Made by a program: the position numbers and the translations under genes. From IMG/VR virus record IMGVR_UViG_3300048909_000032: DNA of 49,370 bases; one strand, written 5' to 3'. The DNA is from a virus. Each line of letters opens with the position of its first letter. The stretch's first letter is position 1. Positions 21,178-28,131 of this stretch are shown in pieces. The notes below the pieces were generated by a model. That model was not told the origin of the DNA. It was given only the letters and a program-made list of their open reading frames with translations, and searched no databases.

Positions 21178-21446
21178 GCCATCAATTCAAAGAAGGCGAC
21201 TTGGCTCTCACCATCGTCGATGACGAATTTATCCCCGCCTACAGCGTAGTGACGCTCAACTCCAGAGCAACGAAAGGTGAGCCGTGCTTCACGTGGGATG
21301 ACAAGCCGGATTTCGCTGAGGATGATGGATGGTTTGTCCTACACCCCAGCAGCAAAGAGGCATGGTTTTATGCCGACAAGGAGTTGATCCCACTGAAAGG
21401 CGATTTCGATCCAGTCCAGCAGAAGGATCGCGAGGTAGTCGCATGA
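21174..21446 (+). CDS. Hypothetical protein, 90 aa (GTG start)
   Basis: Track ORF in a GTGA overlap, with AAGGGGG upstream. Confidence 0.5.
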   Translation: MSHQFKEGDLALTIVDDEFIPAYSVVTLNSRATKGEPCFTWDDKPDFAEDDGWFVLHPSSKEAWFYADKELIPLKGDFDPVQQKDREVVA

Positions 21447-21523
21447 CCGCCATCACCCTACTCGCCATCGCCTGGTTCTGCCTTCGGGGCCAGGTCATCA
21501 ACTGGTGGAGGTCGTGCAAGTGA
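21443..21523 (+). CDS. Micro-ORF, 26 aa, hydrophobic
   Basis: MTAITLLAIAWFCLRGQVINWWRSCK. ATGA overlap. Confidence 0.3.
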   Translation: MTAITLLAIAWFCLRGQVINWWRSCK

Positions 21524-21678
21524 AGAAACCTTGCCCGATCAACGCCAACCACGACACATCTGCATTCAGCACCTATCAGGATTTGTGGTGCCACGACTGC
21601 CGGAAATTCCACCCTTGGCCGCTGAAGCCTGATCAGCGACCGTTGCATTCTGACCCCAGAGACAAGCGGAGTAAGTGA
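21520..21678 (+). CDS. Micro-ORF, 52 aa, Cys/His-containing (GTG start)
   Basis: VKKPCPINANHDTSAFSTYQDLWCHDCRKFHPW.... Coupled at both ends. Confidence 0.35.
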   Translation: MKKPCPINANHDTSAFSTYQDLWCHDCRKFHPWPLKPDQRPLHSDPRDKRSK

Positions 21679-22133
21679 TGAAAGTAACAGATGCGGAAAT
21701 TCTGAAAGCTATTTGGCGCGAACAAATCAAGAAGACAGCGCATGGGGTAATTGATAATTACATCGGCGGAACCAAGTCGGTTTCTTATGGCCAATTCCGC
21801 CAGGGGTATGCGCAAAACCTCTACATGATAAGTCGTCAGCAGCTGGGCCTGCCGCTGAGTAAAGGTCATCTGGGTCGACGCCTGAAGGCTTTGATCAGTT
21901 CCGGTGGTCCATTGCAGTGGGATGGCAGGGAAGGTAATGCATACCACTTCAAGTGCAAGGCCAGTGATGATGTGTATGCCGCCGCCCGTGAGTGGTGGGC
22001 AGGTAAGGGCGTGCCGACAGGGTTTGATGAAGAGAACAAACGCACACGTACGGCCCTCGTCGACGACTTCGACGGCAAGGTCGCGCAGCTTCAGCAGGAC
22101 CTGCTGTCCAAGTTCGGGAGCATGCAGCCATGA
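21678..22133 (+). CDS. Hypothetical protein, 151 aa
   Basis: Track ORF. ATG 21678 in a TGATG overlap. Confidence 0.6.
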   Translation: MKVTDAEILKAIWREQIKKTAHGVIDNYIGGTKSVSYGQFRQGYAQNLYMISRQQLGLPLSKGHLGRRLKALISSGGPLQWDGREGNAYHFKCKASDDVYAAAREWWAGKGVPTGFDEENKRTRTALVDDFDGKVAQLQQDLLSKFGSMQP

Positions 22134-22258
22134 TGGATACGACTGAGCTGAAGAAACTGGCCGAGGCTGCTGAAAATAACAGTTTGTCCCGGCAGGACGA
22201 GATCAATAGCCTGCGTGAGCGGCTTGCTCGCCTTGAACTGAAGGCGGTGAAGCCATGA
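22130..22258 (+). CDS. Small coiled-coil protein, 42 aa, sharing its C-terminal motif with 48916..49155
   Basis: ...RQDEINSLRERLARLELKAVKP compared with ...YQDEINSLRERLARLEPKGVKP. Confidence 0.45.
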   Translation: MMDTTELKKLAEAAENNSLSRQDEINSLRERLARLELKAVKP

Positions 22259-22560
22259 CCCGCAAACACAATCATTATTTTAAAAGCGTGTCACACCTAT
22301 CCGAAATCGACGTGTACCGGGTACTAGACCTGTTCGCCGTGACCAATCCCAGCATCCAGCACGCGACCAAGAAGCTGCTGTGTGCGGGCGGACGTGGCAC
22401 CAAGGACTTCGAGAAGGATCTGCGCGAGGCGCGGGATTCGATTGAGCGGGCATTGCAGATGATCGCGGAGGACAGAAGCCAGATCAGCGAGCCGTTATCG
22501 CTGGTGCCGCTGAGCGCCTGCACATGCTTCGAGAGGGATTGCGCATGTCTTCAGGCGTAA
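22255..22560 (+). CDS. Hypothetical phage protein, 101 aa
   Basis: HYFKSVSHLSEIDVYRVLDLF..T.PSIQHATKKLLCAGGRGTK is a widespread phage motif of unknown function. Confidence 0.6.
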   Translation: MTRKHNHYFKSVSHLSEIDVYRVLDLFAVTNPSIQHATKKLLCAGGRGTKDFEKDLREARDSIERALQMIAEDRSQISEPLSLVPLSACTCFERDCACLQA

Positions 22561-22973
22561 CCGCAAGGAAGCCCAAGGCGATCGCCCTGCCGGTGCCGAC
22601 GGAGCATGTCGAACAGGTGAAAGTTATTACGTGGTTCCGCCTGCAATACCCGGCGATCAAGGAACTGCTGATCGCAATCCCGAATGGCGCACATCTGGCC
22701 GGGACGCCGATCCAGCGAGCCAAGAAGATTCAGCGCATGAAGGCCGAAGGGTTCACCACTGGGGTGGCGGACCTGTTCCTGATGAAGCCGTCTTTCGGGT
22801 ATTCCGGCCTATGGATCGAAATGAAGCGACTCAAGTATTCGCCATCCGACGTGAGCGACGACCAGAAGGCGTTCCAGGTGAGAGCGCTGGATAACGGGTA
22901 TCAGGCAGTGGTGTGCGGCGGCTTCGAGGCTGCGCGGGAAGCGATCAAGGCATATTTGCAGGGGGTGGTATGA
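22545..22973 (+). CDS. VRR-NUC domain nuclease
   Basis: EHVEQVKVITWFRLQYP...IPNGAHL...GFTTGVADLFLMKP....GLWIEMK...Q..F...L...GY.AVVC (D...ExK core). Confidence 0.8.
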   Translation: MSSGVTARKPKAIALPVPTEHVEQVKVITWFRLQYPAIKELLIAIPNGAHLAGTPIQRAKKIQRMKAEGFTTGVADLFLMKPSFGYSGLWIEMKRLKYSPSDVSDDQKAFQVRALDNGYQAVVCGGFEAAREAIKAYLQGVV

Positions 22974-23179
22974 GCAAGTGGGTGGCGCGGGTCCGCTGCA
23001 AATGCGGCCATGCATATTCAGGGGAAATATTCAGTGCATCTGACTTTCGGATAATCCAAGTATGCCCAACCTGCGGGAGCAAGAAGGAATGGCGCGACAC
23101 GGTAGAGCGCTGGGTATCAACCTCGAAGTGGAATAGTCCGCGCACATGGGGTACTGGCTACTGGGAGGTTAAGGCATGA
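22970..23179 (+). CDS. Small zinc-ribbon protein, 69 aa
   Basis: MSKWVARVRCKCGHAY...VCPTCGSKKEW. ATGA overlaps. Confidence 0.5.
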   Translation: MSKWVARVRCKCGHAYSGEIFSASDFRIIQVCPTCGSKKEWRDTVERWVSTSKWNSPRTWGTGYWEVKA

Positions 23180-23715
23180 AATATCTAAACATCGTCACAG
23201 CAGTGGTCCGGGCACTATCGACCGACAACATGGGCGGCGGCATGAACTTCGAGCCTCGGGTGCAGGACACCAAGCTCAAGGGGGAGATCACTGGCAAGGA
23301 TGACCAGCTGCTGCACGACAGTATGATCCGGGCTCGCCTGCATGCCACGCTGGCCCCGGAACACTGGGAGATCCTGAAGGCCAAGTTCTCGCCGGACCTG
23401 AACCACAAGCGCGAATCCATTCGGGCGGTGCGTACCCGAGTGAAGACGCCTGCGCCGGAACGGTTCAGGGATGCTGCGGTGCTGACCTGGGCCATGCCGA
23501 AACTGCCGGGGAAGGATGGGAAGCGCTCAGCTACCACGCTGCCGGCCGAATGGTACGAAACTGATCGCTGGTGTGACGATCCTGTGCCAGAGAGAACCAA
23601 GCAGCGCTGGAGGCGTGACATTTCCATCGGGTTGGAGGCGGAAGTGAACAAGGCGCTAGCCATTGCTCAGGAAGCGCTGGAGCCGCTGGGAATCTTCCGC
23701 GAACAGGTAGCGTGA
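23176..23715 (+). CDS. Hypothetical protein; a late-gene regulator (Q-like) candidate by position only
   Basis: It is the last gene before the late promoter-leader-terminator and lysis genes. No motif recognised. Confidence 0.55.
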   Translation: MKYLNIVTAVVRALSTDNMGGGMNFEPRVQDTKLKGEITGKDDQLLHDSMIRARLHATLAPEHWEILKAKFSPDLNHKRESIRAVRTRVKTPAPERFRDAAVLTWAMPKLPGKDGKRSATTLPAEWYETDRWCDDPVPERTKQRWRRDISIGLEAEVNKALAIAQEALEPLGIFREQVA

Positions 23716-23776
23716 TAAATATATTTACTGGCCCATTGCCAAGACTGGCGCTGTGGCGTATCGTATTGTCATCCTG

Positions 23777-23825
23777 TTGCAATTGCGTTCAGGGCTTGAA
23801 TATATAGAGTCCATGATTAAGGACT
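23777..23825 (+). promoter_or_regulatory. Candidate late promoter (TTGCAA-N17/18-TATATA) with an AGTCC-N8-GGACT operator at the start site
   Basis: ttgcaa ttgcgttcagggcttga atatata g agtcc atgattaa ggact. Confidence 0.45.
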
Positions 23826-24082
23826 GCGAGTTTCAACCAGCGGCCAGAGTTGCCCGACTAGTTCCCTCCTTCGAGTCGGGGTATCTGGATACGGTTTAGC
23901 CGGTTCGTACCGTAACATCGCAAAACACCGGCAGCCTGCGAGCCCTACTAACGCTTACTCAGGGGGTTGTGCAGGCGGGAGGAAGGGGAAGACCTTCACG
24001 AATCAACCAACGCCGCCGACCGACTCGGCAAATCGCGGAGATGCACCGCATTGAGTCAGCCCGCAGATGCGGAATTAATTCT

Positions 24083-24159
24083 GGCGAGTTCCACTGTCTG
24101 GTGATGTGGCAAGGCTCATAACCTTGATCAGGTCGGTTCGATCCCGACACTCGCTACCA
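24083..24159 (+). tRNA. tRNA with anticodon CAU (Met or Ile2), 77 nt, CCA encoded
   Basis: Hand fold: acceptor GGCGAGU/ACUCGCU (G1-U72), D arm CACU-gucugguga-UGUG, anticodon arm CAAGG-CUCAUAA-CCUUG, variable AUCAG, T arm GUCGG-UUCGAUC-CCGAC, then ACCA. Confidence 0.8.
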
Positions 24160-24167
24160 ATTCCAAG

Positions 24168-24193
24168 GCCTCGCCATCGTGCGGGGCTTTTTC
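24168..24193 (+). terminator. Rho-independent terminator directly after the tRNA
   Basis: gcctcgc-catcgt-gcggggc then ttttt. Confidence 0.65.
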
Positions 24194-24299
24194 AATTTCG
24201 GCACCCACGCAACCGTCCTTGCCCCGAGCGGACGCGATATGCGCGGAGTGCCGGACCTATTTCCGCTCCAATCATGGGGCATTCACCGGATGCTCAATC

Positions 24300-24614
24300 A
24301 TGCCAGACAGACCTGAGAGCTGGGCCAAGTTCTGGGATGCGTTGACCAATCCGCTCATCCAAGGCGCGATCATGGCGATTCTCATTTCCTTCCTTCGCGT
24401 CCTGTACGACTCCAAAGAAACCAACAAGTGTCGGATCTTCTCCGAGGCGATGATCTGCGGCGGCCTGAGTCTATCGGCCAGCAGCATCATTTCGTGGATG
24501 GCCTGGCCGGAGAATCTGTCGGTCGCTGCCGGTGGGGCCATTGGCTTCCTCGGCGTGACGGCGATCCGCGAGATCCTGGTCAAGTTCCTCGGCAGAAAGG
24601 CGGATTCATTATGA
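24300..24614 (+). CDS. Lambda-family (class I) holin
   Basis: GAIMAILISFLRVLYDSKE....RIFSEAMICGGLS and GAIGFLGVTAIREILVKFLGRKA parallel lambda S ([39 protein letters not shown]). ATG 24300. Confidence 0.8.
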   Translation: MPDRPESWAKFWDALTNPLIQGAIMAILISFLRVLYDSKETNKCRIFSEAMICGGLSLSASSIISWMAWPENLSVAAGGAIGFLGVTAIREILVKFLGRKADSL

Positions 24615-24985
24615 GAGCCATCGCCGCAGCAATCATCATCGCCCTGGTCGCCCTGCTGCTCATTGGCGTCCAGCAGTATCGCGTCACCACCTTGCGCGCC
24701 GAAATGCAGATCGAAACCAAGAGCAAGGAAGACGCCATTGCGGCGAACGCCGAAAGCCAGGCGACGATCACCACCCTGCAAGCCGAAGCCAAACGCAACG
24801 CTGACTACAGCGCCGACCTGGCCAAACGCATCAAGGCCAGCGAAGACAAAGCCAAAAAGGCGAGGAAAGACTTTGAAGACCTCAAACGCAGCAGCAAACC
24901 TGTTCGTGATTGGGCTGCTCAGCCTCTGCCTGACGGCCTGCGCACCAAACCCAGTGGTGACCAAGGCCAGCGCAATACGAATTGA
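24611..24985 (+). CDS. Rz-like inner-membrane spanin
   Basis: N-terminal TM MRAIAAAIIIALVALLLIGV, coiled coil, and C-terminal PVRDWAAQPLPDGL. ATGA overlap with the holin gene. Confidence 0.75.
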   Translation: MRAIAAAIIIALVALLLIGVQQYRVTTLRAEMQIETKSKEDAIAANAESQATITTLQAEAKRNADYSADLAKRIKASEDKAKKARKDFEDLKRSSKPVRDWAAQPLPDGLRTKPSGDQGQRNTN

Positions 24986-25139
24986 AGCGCCCGAGCTGAT
25001 CCCTTGCGAACGGGTAGGTGATGACACCGACCTGAGCGACAACGGCTCACTGTGGGATCTGAAAGACCAAGCCATCAAGCTGCTCGATACCTGCGCCGAC
25101 CAAGTGGACGCCCAGATCTTGCGCAGCCAGAGCAAGTGA
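24873..25139 (+). CDS. Rz1-like outer-membrane lipoprotein spanin, overlapping the end of the i-spanin gene in the +1 frame
   Basis: Lipobox LSLCLTAC after a hydrophobic stretch. Proposed TTG start at 24873 with AGGAAAG 4 nt upstream (start uncertain). Extends 154 nt beyond the Rz stop. Confidence 0.6.
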   Translation: MKTSNAAANLFVIGLLSLCLTACAPNPVVTKASAIRIEAPELIPCERVGDDTDLSDNGSLWDLKDQAIKLLDTCADQVDAQILRSQSK

Positions 25140-25149
25140 GGACCGCACC

Positions 25150-25377
25150 ATGCAACTGATCGACAACGCAAGTGGATGGCACAAGCTCTGGTCTGTGCGC
25201 GTGGCTCTGGCCGGATCGGTCCTGAACGCCATGGTCATTGGCTGGACCGTCTTCCAAGGCTCGGTAAACCCGCTGCTCTACGCCGCCATCAACATGGGGC
25301 TTGGCGTCTGCGTGGCTGTGGTGCGTGTGCTGCCTCAGGGTAAGCCTGATGACAGCGCGGCTGGTCCTGAAGCTTGA
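25150..25377 (+). CDS. Small membrane protein (two predicted TM helices)
   Basis: WSVRVALAGSVLNAMVIGWTVF and LLYAAINMGLGVCVAVVRVL. GAGGA SD. Confidence 0.55.
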   Translation: MQLIDNASGWHKLWSVRVALAGSVLNAMVIGWTVFQGSVNPLLYAAINMGLGVCVAVVRVLPQGKPDDSAAGPEA

Positions 25378-25391
25378 ATTGAGGAATCGAC

Positions 25392-25550
25392 ATGAAAGTC
25401 AGCCGGATAACGGTAAGCATCAGGCTGGCTTGGTGGCTGCGCGCATATCTGCATGGCGTGCGGCTTATATCCGAACTGACCGGACTCGAACCTGATTACG
25501 ACAAAGTCTCGTACTGGGTGAGTCGCGGAACAAAGCTCAAGGTGACGTGA
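25392..25550 (+). CDS. Micro-ORF, 52 aa
   Basis: MKVSRITVSIRLAWWLRAYLHGVRLISELTG.... GAGGAA SD. Confidence 0.4.
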   Translation: MKVSRITVSIRLAWWLRAYLHGVRLISELTGLEPDYDKVSYWVSRGTKLKVT

Positions 25551-25798
25551 TGACCGCAGAACAGTTTGCATATTGGTTGCAGGGCTTCGTCGAGCTGACA
25601 ATTGGCCGGCAGCCAACGCCAGAACAGTGGAAGTCAGTCACTGAGCACCTGGGTACGGTGTTCAACAAGGTGACGCCGCCGGTTCGAATCGGCCCTGGCC
25701 CCTACCCGCGCATCTTTGATGACGGTTTGAGGGACCACCAGCGAGCTATCGGTCCTCGTCCATGGTTCGACGGACAGGCGATTCAGATCACCTGCTGA
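25550..25798 (+). CDS. Hypothetical protein, 82 aa
   Basis: Track ORF. ATG 25550 in a TGATG overlap. Confidence 0.55.
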   Translation: MTAEQFAYWLQGFVELTIGRQPTPEQWKSVTEHLGTVFNKVTPPVRIGPGPYPRIFDDGLRDHQRAIGPRPWFDGQAIQITC

Positions 25799-25807
25799 CC
25801 CATTATC

Positions 25808-25848
25808 CCGCGCCACGAAATCAATCAAGCGTGAAACGTAGCGCGGAA
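25808..25848 (+). promoter_or_regulatory. Conserved leader element, copy B (CCGCGCCAC...GAAACGTAGCGCGGAA) ending 12 nt before the portal ATG
   Basis: Aligns with 16080..16119. The 15-mer AAACGTAGCGCGGAA is identical in both. Confidence 0.5.
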
Positions 25849-25860
25849 TAGGAAAGAAAT

Positions 25861-27273
25861 ATGGCCGAGTCAAAACCGCGAATTCAAGTCCAAGATGGAA
25901 AGATTGTCTCGACTGATAGCCTGTCCAACCTGGTCGCCAACATCGGAACCGGTCGCGACAAGCGCACGCACAACAGCTTCGGTTATGAATACGTCAACCA
26001 GATGGAGCTGGAAGCGGCCTATCAGTCCAACTGGATCGCCCGTCGCATTGTCGACAAGCCGAACGAAGACGCACTGCGTGAGTGGCGCACCTTCAACGGC
26101 AAGCAGGCCAAGCTGATCGAGACTGAAGAGCGCCGCCTGGGTGTGCAGCAACACTACCTCGACACCTGCTGCTGGGCCGACCTGTACGGTGGCGCAGCCC
26201 TGCTGATGGTGACTGACCAGGATCTGGGCAAGCAGCTTGACCTGAAGAAGATCAAGAAGGGCAGCCTGAAGAACCTGGTGGTCCTCGATCGCTGGGACAT
26301 CCAGCCGACCGACTTCAACCTGACCGACCCGCTCCAGCCGAACTGGATGCAGCCGAACTACTACATGATGGTCAACGGCACGCAGCCGATCCACTACAGC
26401 CACATCATCCGCCGCACCGGGGCTCGCCTGCCTCGGCGCATGCGCATGTTCGAACAGGGCTGGGGTGACAGTCGCCTACGCCGCTGCATGTCTGACCTGC
26501 GCGACGTGGTGGCCACCAAGGGCGGTATTGCCTCTCTGGTGCTGGAAGCCAACGTCGACACGATCGGTGTGAAGGGTCTTCAAGCAGCCTTGGCCAGTGC
26601 GCAGAGCAATCAGGTCACCGAGCGTTACCGCCTGTTCGGCATGCTCAAGTCGATCGTGAACCTCGGCCTGCTCGATCAGGATAACGAGAAATACGAACGC
26701 AACAGCATCAGCTTCAGCGGCCTCAGCCAGATCATGGAGCAGTTCATGGTGTGGACGGCGGGCGCTGCTGAAATGCCGGTGACCGAACTGTGGGGCCAAT
26801 CGGCTGCTGGGCTCAGTGCTACTGGCGAAGGCGACCGCAAGACCTACGAAGGCACGATCAAGGGTAAGCAGGACGGCCAGATGCGTCTGGACCTCGAACT
26901 GCTTGACCAGGTGCTGATCCGCTCGGCGCTGGGCAACTACCCGGAAGGTATCGAGTTCGAGTGGAATCCGCTGTCGCTGCCAACCGGTGTCGAGCAGGCT
27001 CAGGAAGGTCTGGCCGATGCGCAGGCCGATGGCATCTACCTCGAAACCGGGGTGATTCGCCCAAGCCATGCCATGCGCCGCGCTCAGGGTAAAGGAACCT
27101 ACGCCATCACCGACGAGCAGATCGCCGCCCAAGAGAAGCTGGAGAAGGATCAGGACAATGCAGCCTTCGACAAAGACGACGGCGCCGACCTCCCCGGTTT
27201 CTCCCTCGGCGGCCCTGACGGCGATAAACCAGACGCTCCTGGCAAAACGAAAGACGAAACCCAAGGCGCCTAA
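25861..27273 (+). CDS. Portal protein
   Basis: 470 aa, first gene of the morphogenesis block, followed by a Mu-F/SPP1-gp7-like gene. Acidic C-terminus. Resembles DUF1073-type portals from memory. Confidence 0.8.
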   Translation: MAESKPRIQVQDGKIVSTDSLSNLVANIGTGRDKRTHNSFGYEYVNQMELEAAYQSNWIARRIVDKPNEDALREWRTFNGKQAKLIETEERRLGVQQHYLDTCCWADLYGGAALLMVTDQDLGKQLDLKKIKKGSLKNLVVLDRWDIQPTDFNLTDPLQPNWMQPNYYMMVNGTQPIHYSHIIRRTGARLPRRMRMFEQGWGDSRLRRCMSDLRDVVATKGGIASLVLEANVDTIGVKGLQAALASAQSNQVTERYRLFGMLKSIVNLGLLDQDNEKYERNSISFSGLSQIMEQFMVWTAGAAEMPVTELWGQSAAGLSATGEGDRKTYEGTIKGKQDGQMRLDLELLDQVLIRSALGNYPEGIEFEWNPLSLPTGVEQAQEGLADAQADGIYLETGVIRPSHAMRRAQGKGTYAITDEQIAAQEKLEKDQDNAAFDKDDGADLPGFSLGGPDGDKPDAPGKTKDETQGA

Positions 27274-27280
27274 GCCGGTG

Positions 27281-28129
27281 ATGCCCAGCAAGGAGGCTGA
27301 GCTGTACTACCACCGACAGCTCCGGTCACTGGTCAAGGCCATGGCTTCCGAGCTGGCCGCCTCCATCGTGCCCGAACTGAAGCGCCTCAAGCCCGACTAC
27401 ATCGCTGACGCTATGGTGACCCTGGACGGCTGGACGGATCAGATCCTCGCCGCCATCCGCCGGGTGTCGCAGCGGTACACCTCCACCCTGTTCGAATCGC
27501 AGATTCAGCGGGTGGCCGCCGGCACCATCAGCCGCGCCGAGGCCGACAACGCCGAAGACTTCCGCGACTCGATCAACAAGGCCGTAGGGGTTGACTTCCA
27601 GCTGATCACCAAACCCAAGGGCATGGTCGACTACCTGGAGGCCTCGACTGCCGAGAACGTCAACCTGATCAAGTCCATCCCGGCCGACTACTTCAGCAAG
27701 GTCGAGACGCTGGTGCTGGGCGGCATGAAGTCAGGGCTCGCTCCCACGGCCATCGCCAAGCAGATTCAGGAAGAGACGGGTGTCACCGCGCGACGGGCCA
27801 AGCTGATTGCCCGCGACCAGGTATCGAAGCTCAACTCCGACCTGACCCGACAGCGCCAGGCAGCGGCCGGTATTGAGTTCTACAAAGCTGTGGACGCCAA
27901 CGACCAGCGCGTCAGTGGCAACCCGGGCGGCAAATACCCCAACGCCAAGATCAGCTGCTGGGACATTGCGCGGCAGGACATTGGCTACGGCCCCGGCGTG
28001 TACAAGGTCGCCGACGGTGCCAGCTGGAAAGGCGAAACCAACCTGCACCCGGGGAAGCACCACGTGCTTTGCCGCTGCGTCGGAATCGCCATGATCCCCG
28101 GCGTGAACTACTTCCCCGACAAGGGCTGA
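27281..28129 (+). CDS. Head morphogenesis protein (SPP1 gp7 / Mu F-like)
   Basis: RAKLIARDQVSKLNSDLTRQRQAAAGIEFYKAVDANDQRV....HPGKHHVLCRC. ATG 27281 lies just after the portal stop. Confidence 0.75.
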   Translation: MPSKEAELYYHRQLRSLVKAMASELAASIVPELKRLKPDYIADAMVTLDGWTDQILAAIRRVSQRYTSTLFESQIQRVAAGTISRAEADNAEDFRDSINKAVGVDFQLITKPKGMVDYLEASTAENVNLIKSIPADYFSKVETLVLGGMKSGLAPTAIAKQIQEETGVTARRAKLIARDQVSKLNSDLTRQRQAAAGIEFYKAVDANDQRVSGNPGGKYPNAKISCWDIARQDIGYGPGVYKVADGASWKGETNLHPGKHHVLCRCVGIAMIPGVNYFPDKG

Positions 28130-28131
28130 CC

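Noticed and set aside
23826-24082. Possible second, degenerate tRNA or other known RNA family in the late leader
   Set aside because: I could not fold a cloverleaf or recognise any family by eye; only isolated hairpins are visible. It is left as unexplained structured leader under the late-module finding.
24083-24159. tRNA sequence considered as an attP-type fragment of a host tRNA gene
   Set aside because: The fold is complete, from acceptor stem to CCA, rather than a 3-prime fragment. It also sits in a promoter-terminator unit, so it is better explained as a phage-encoded tRNA. An integration role cannot be excluded without host sequence.
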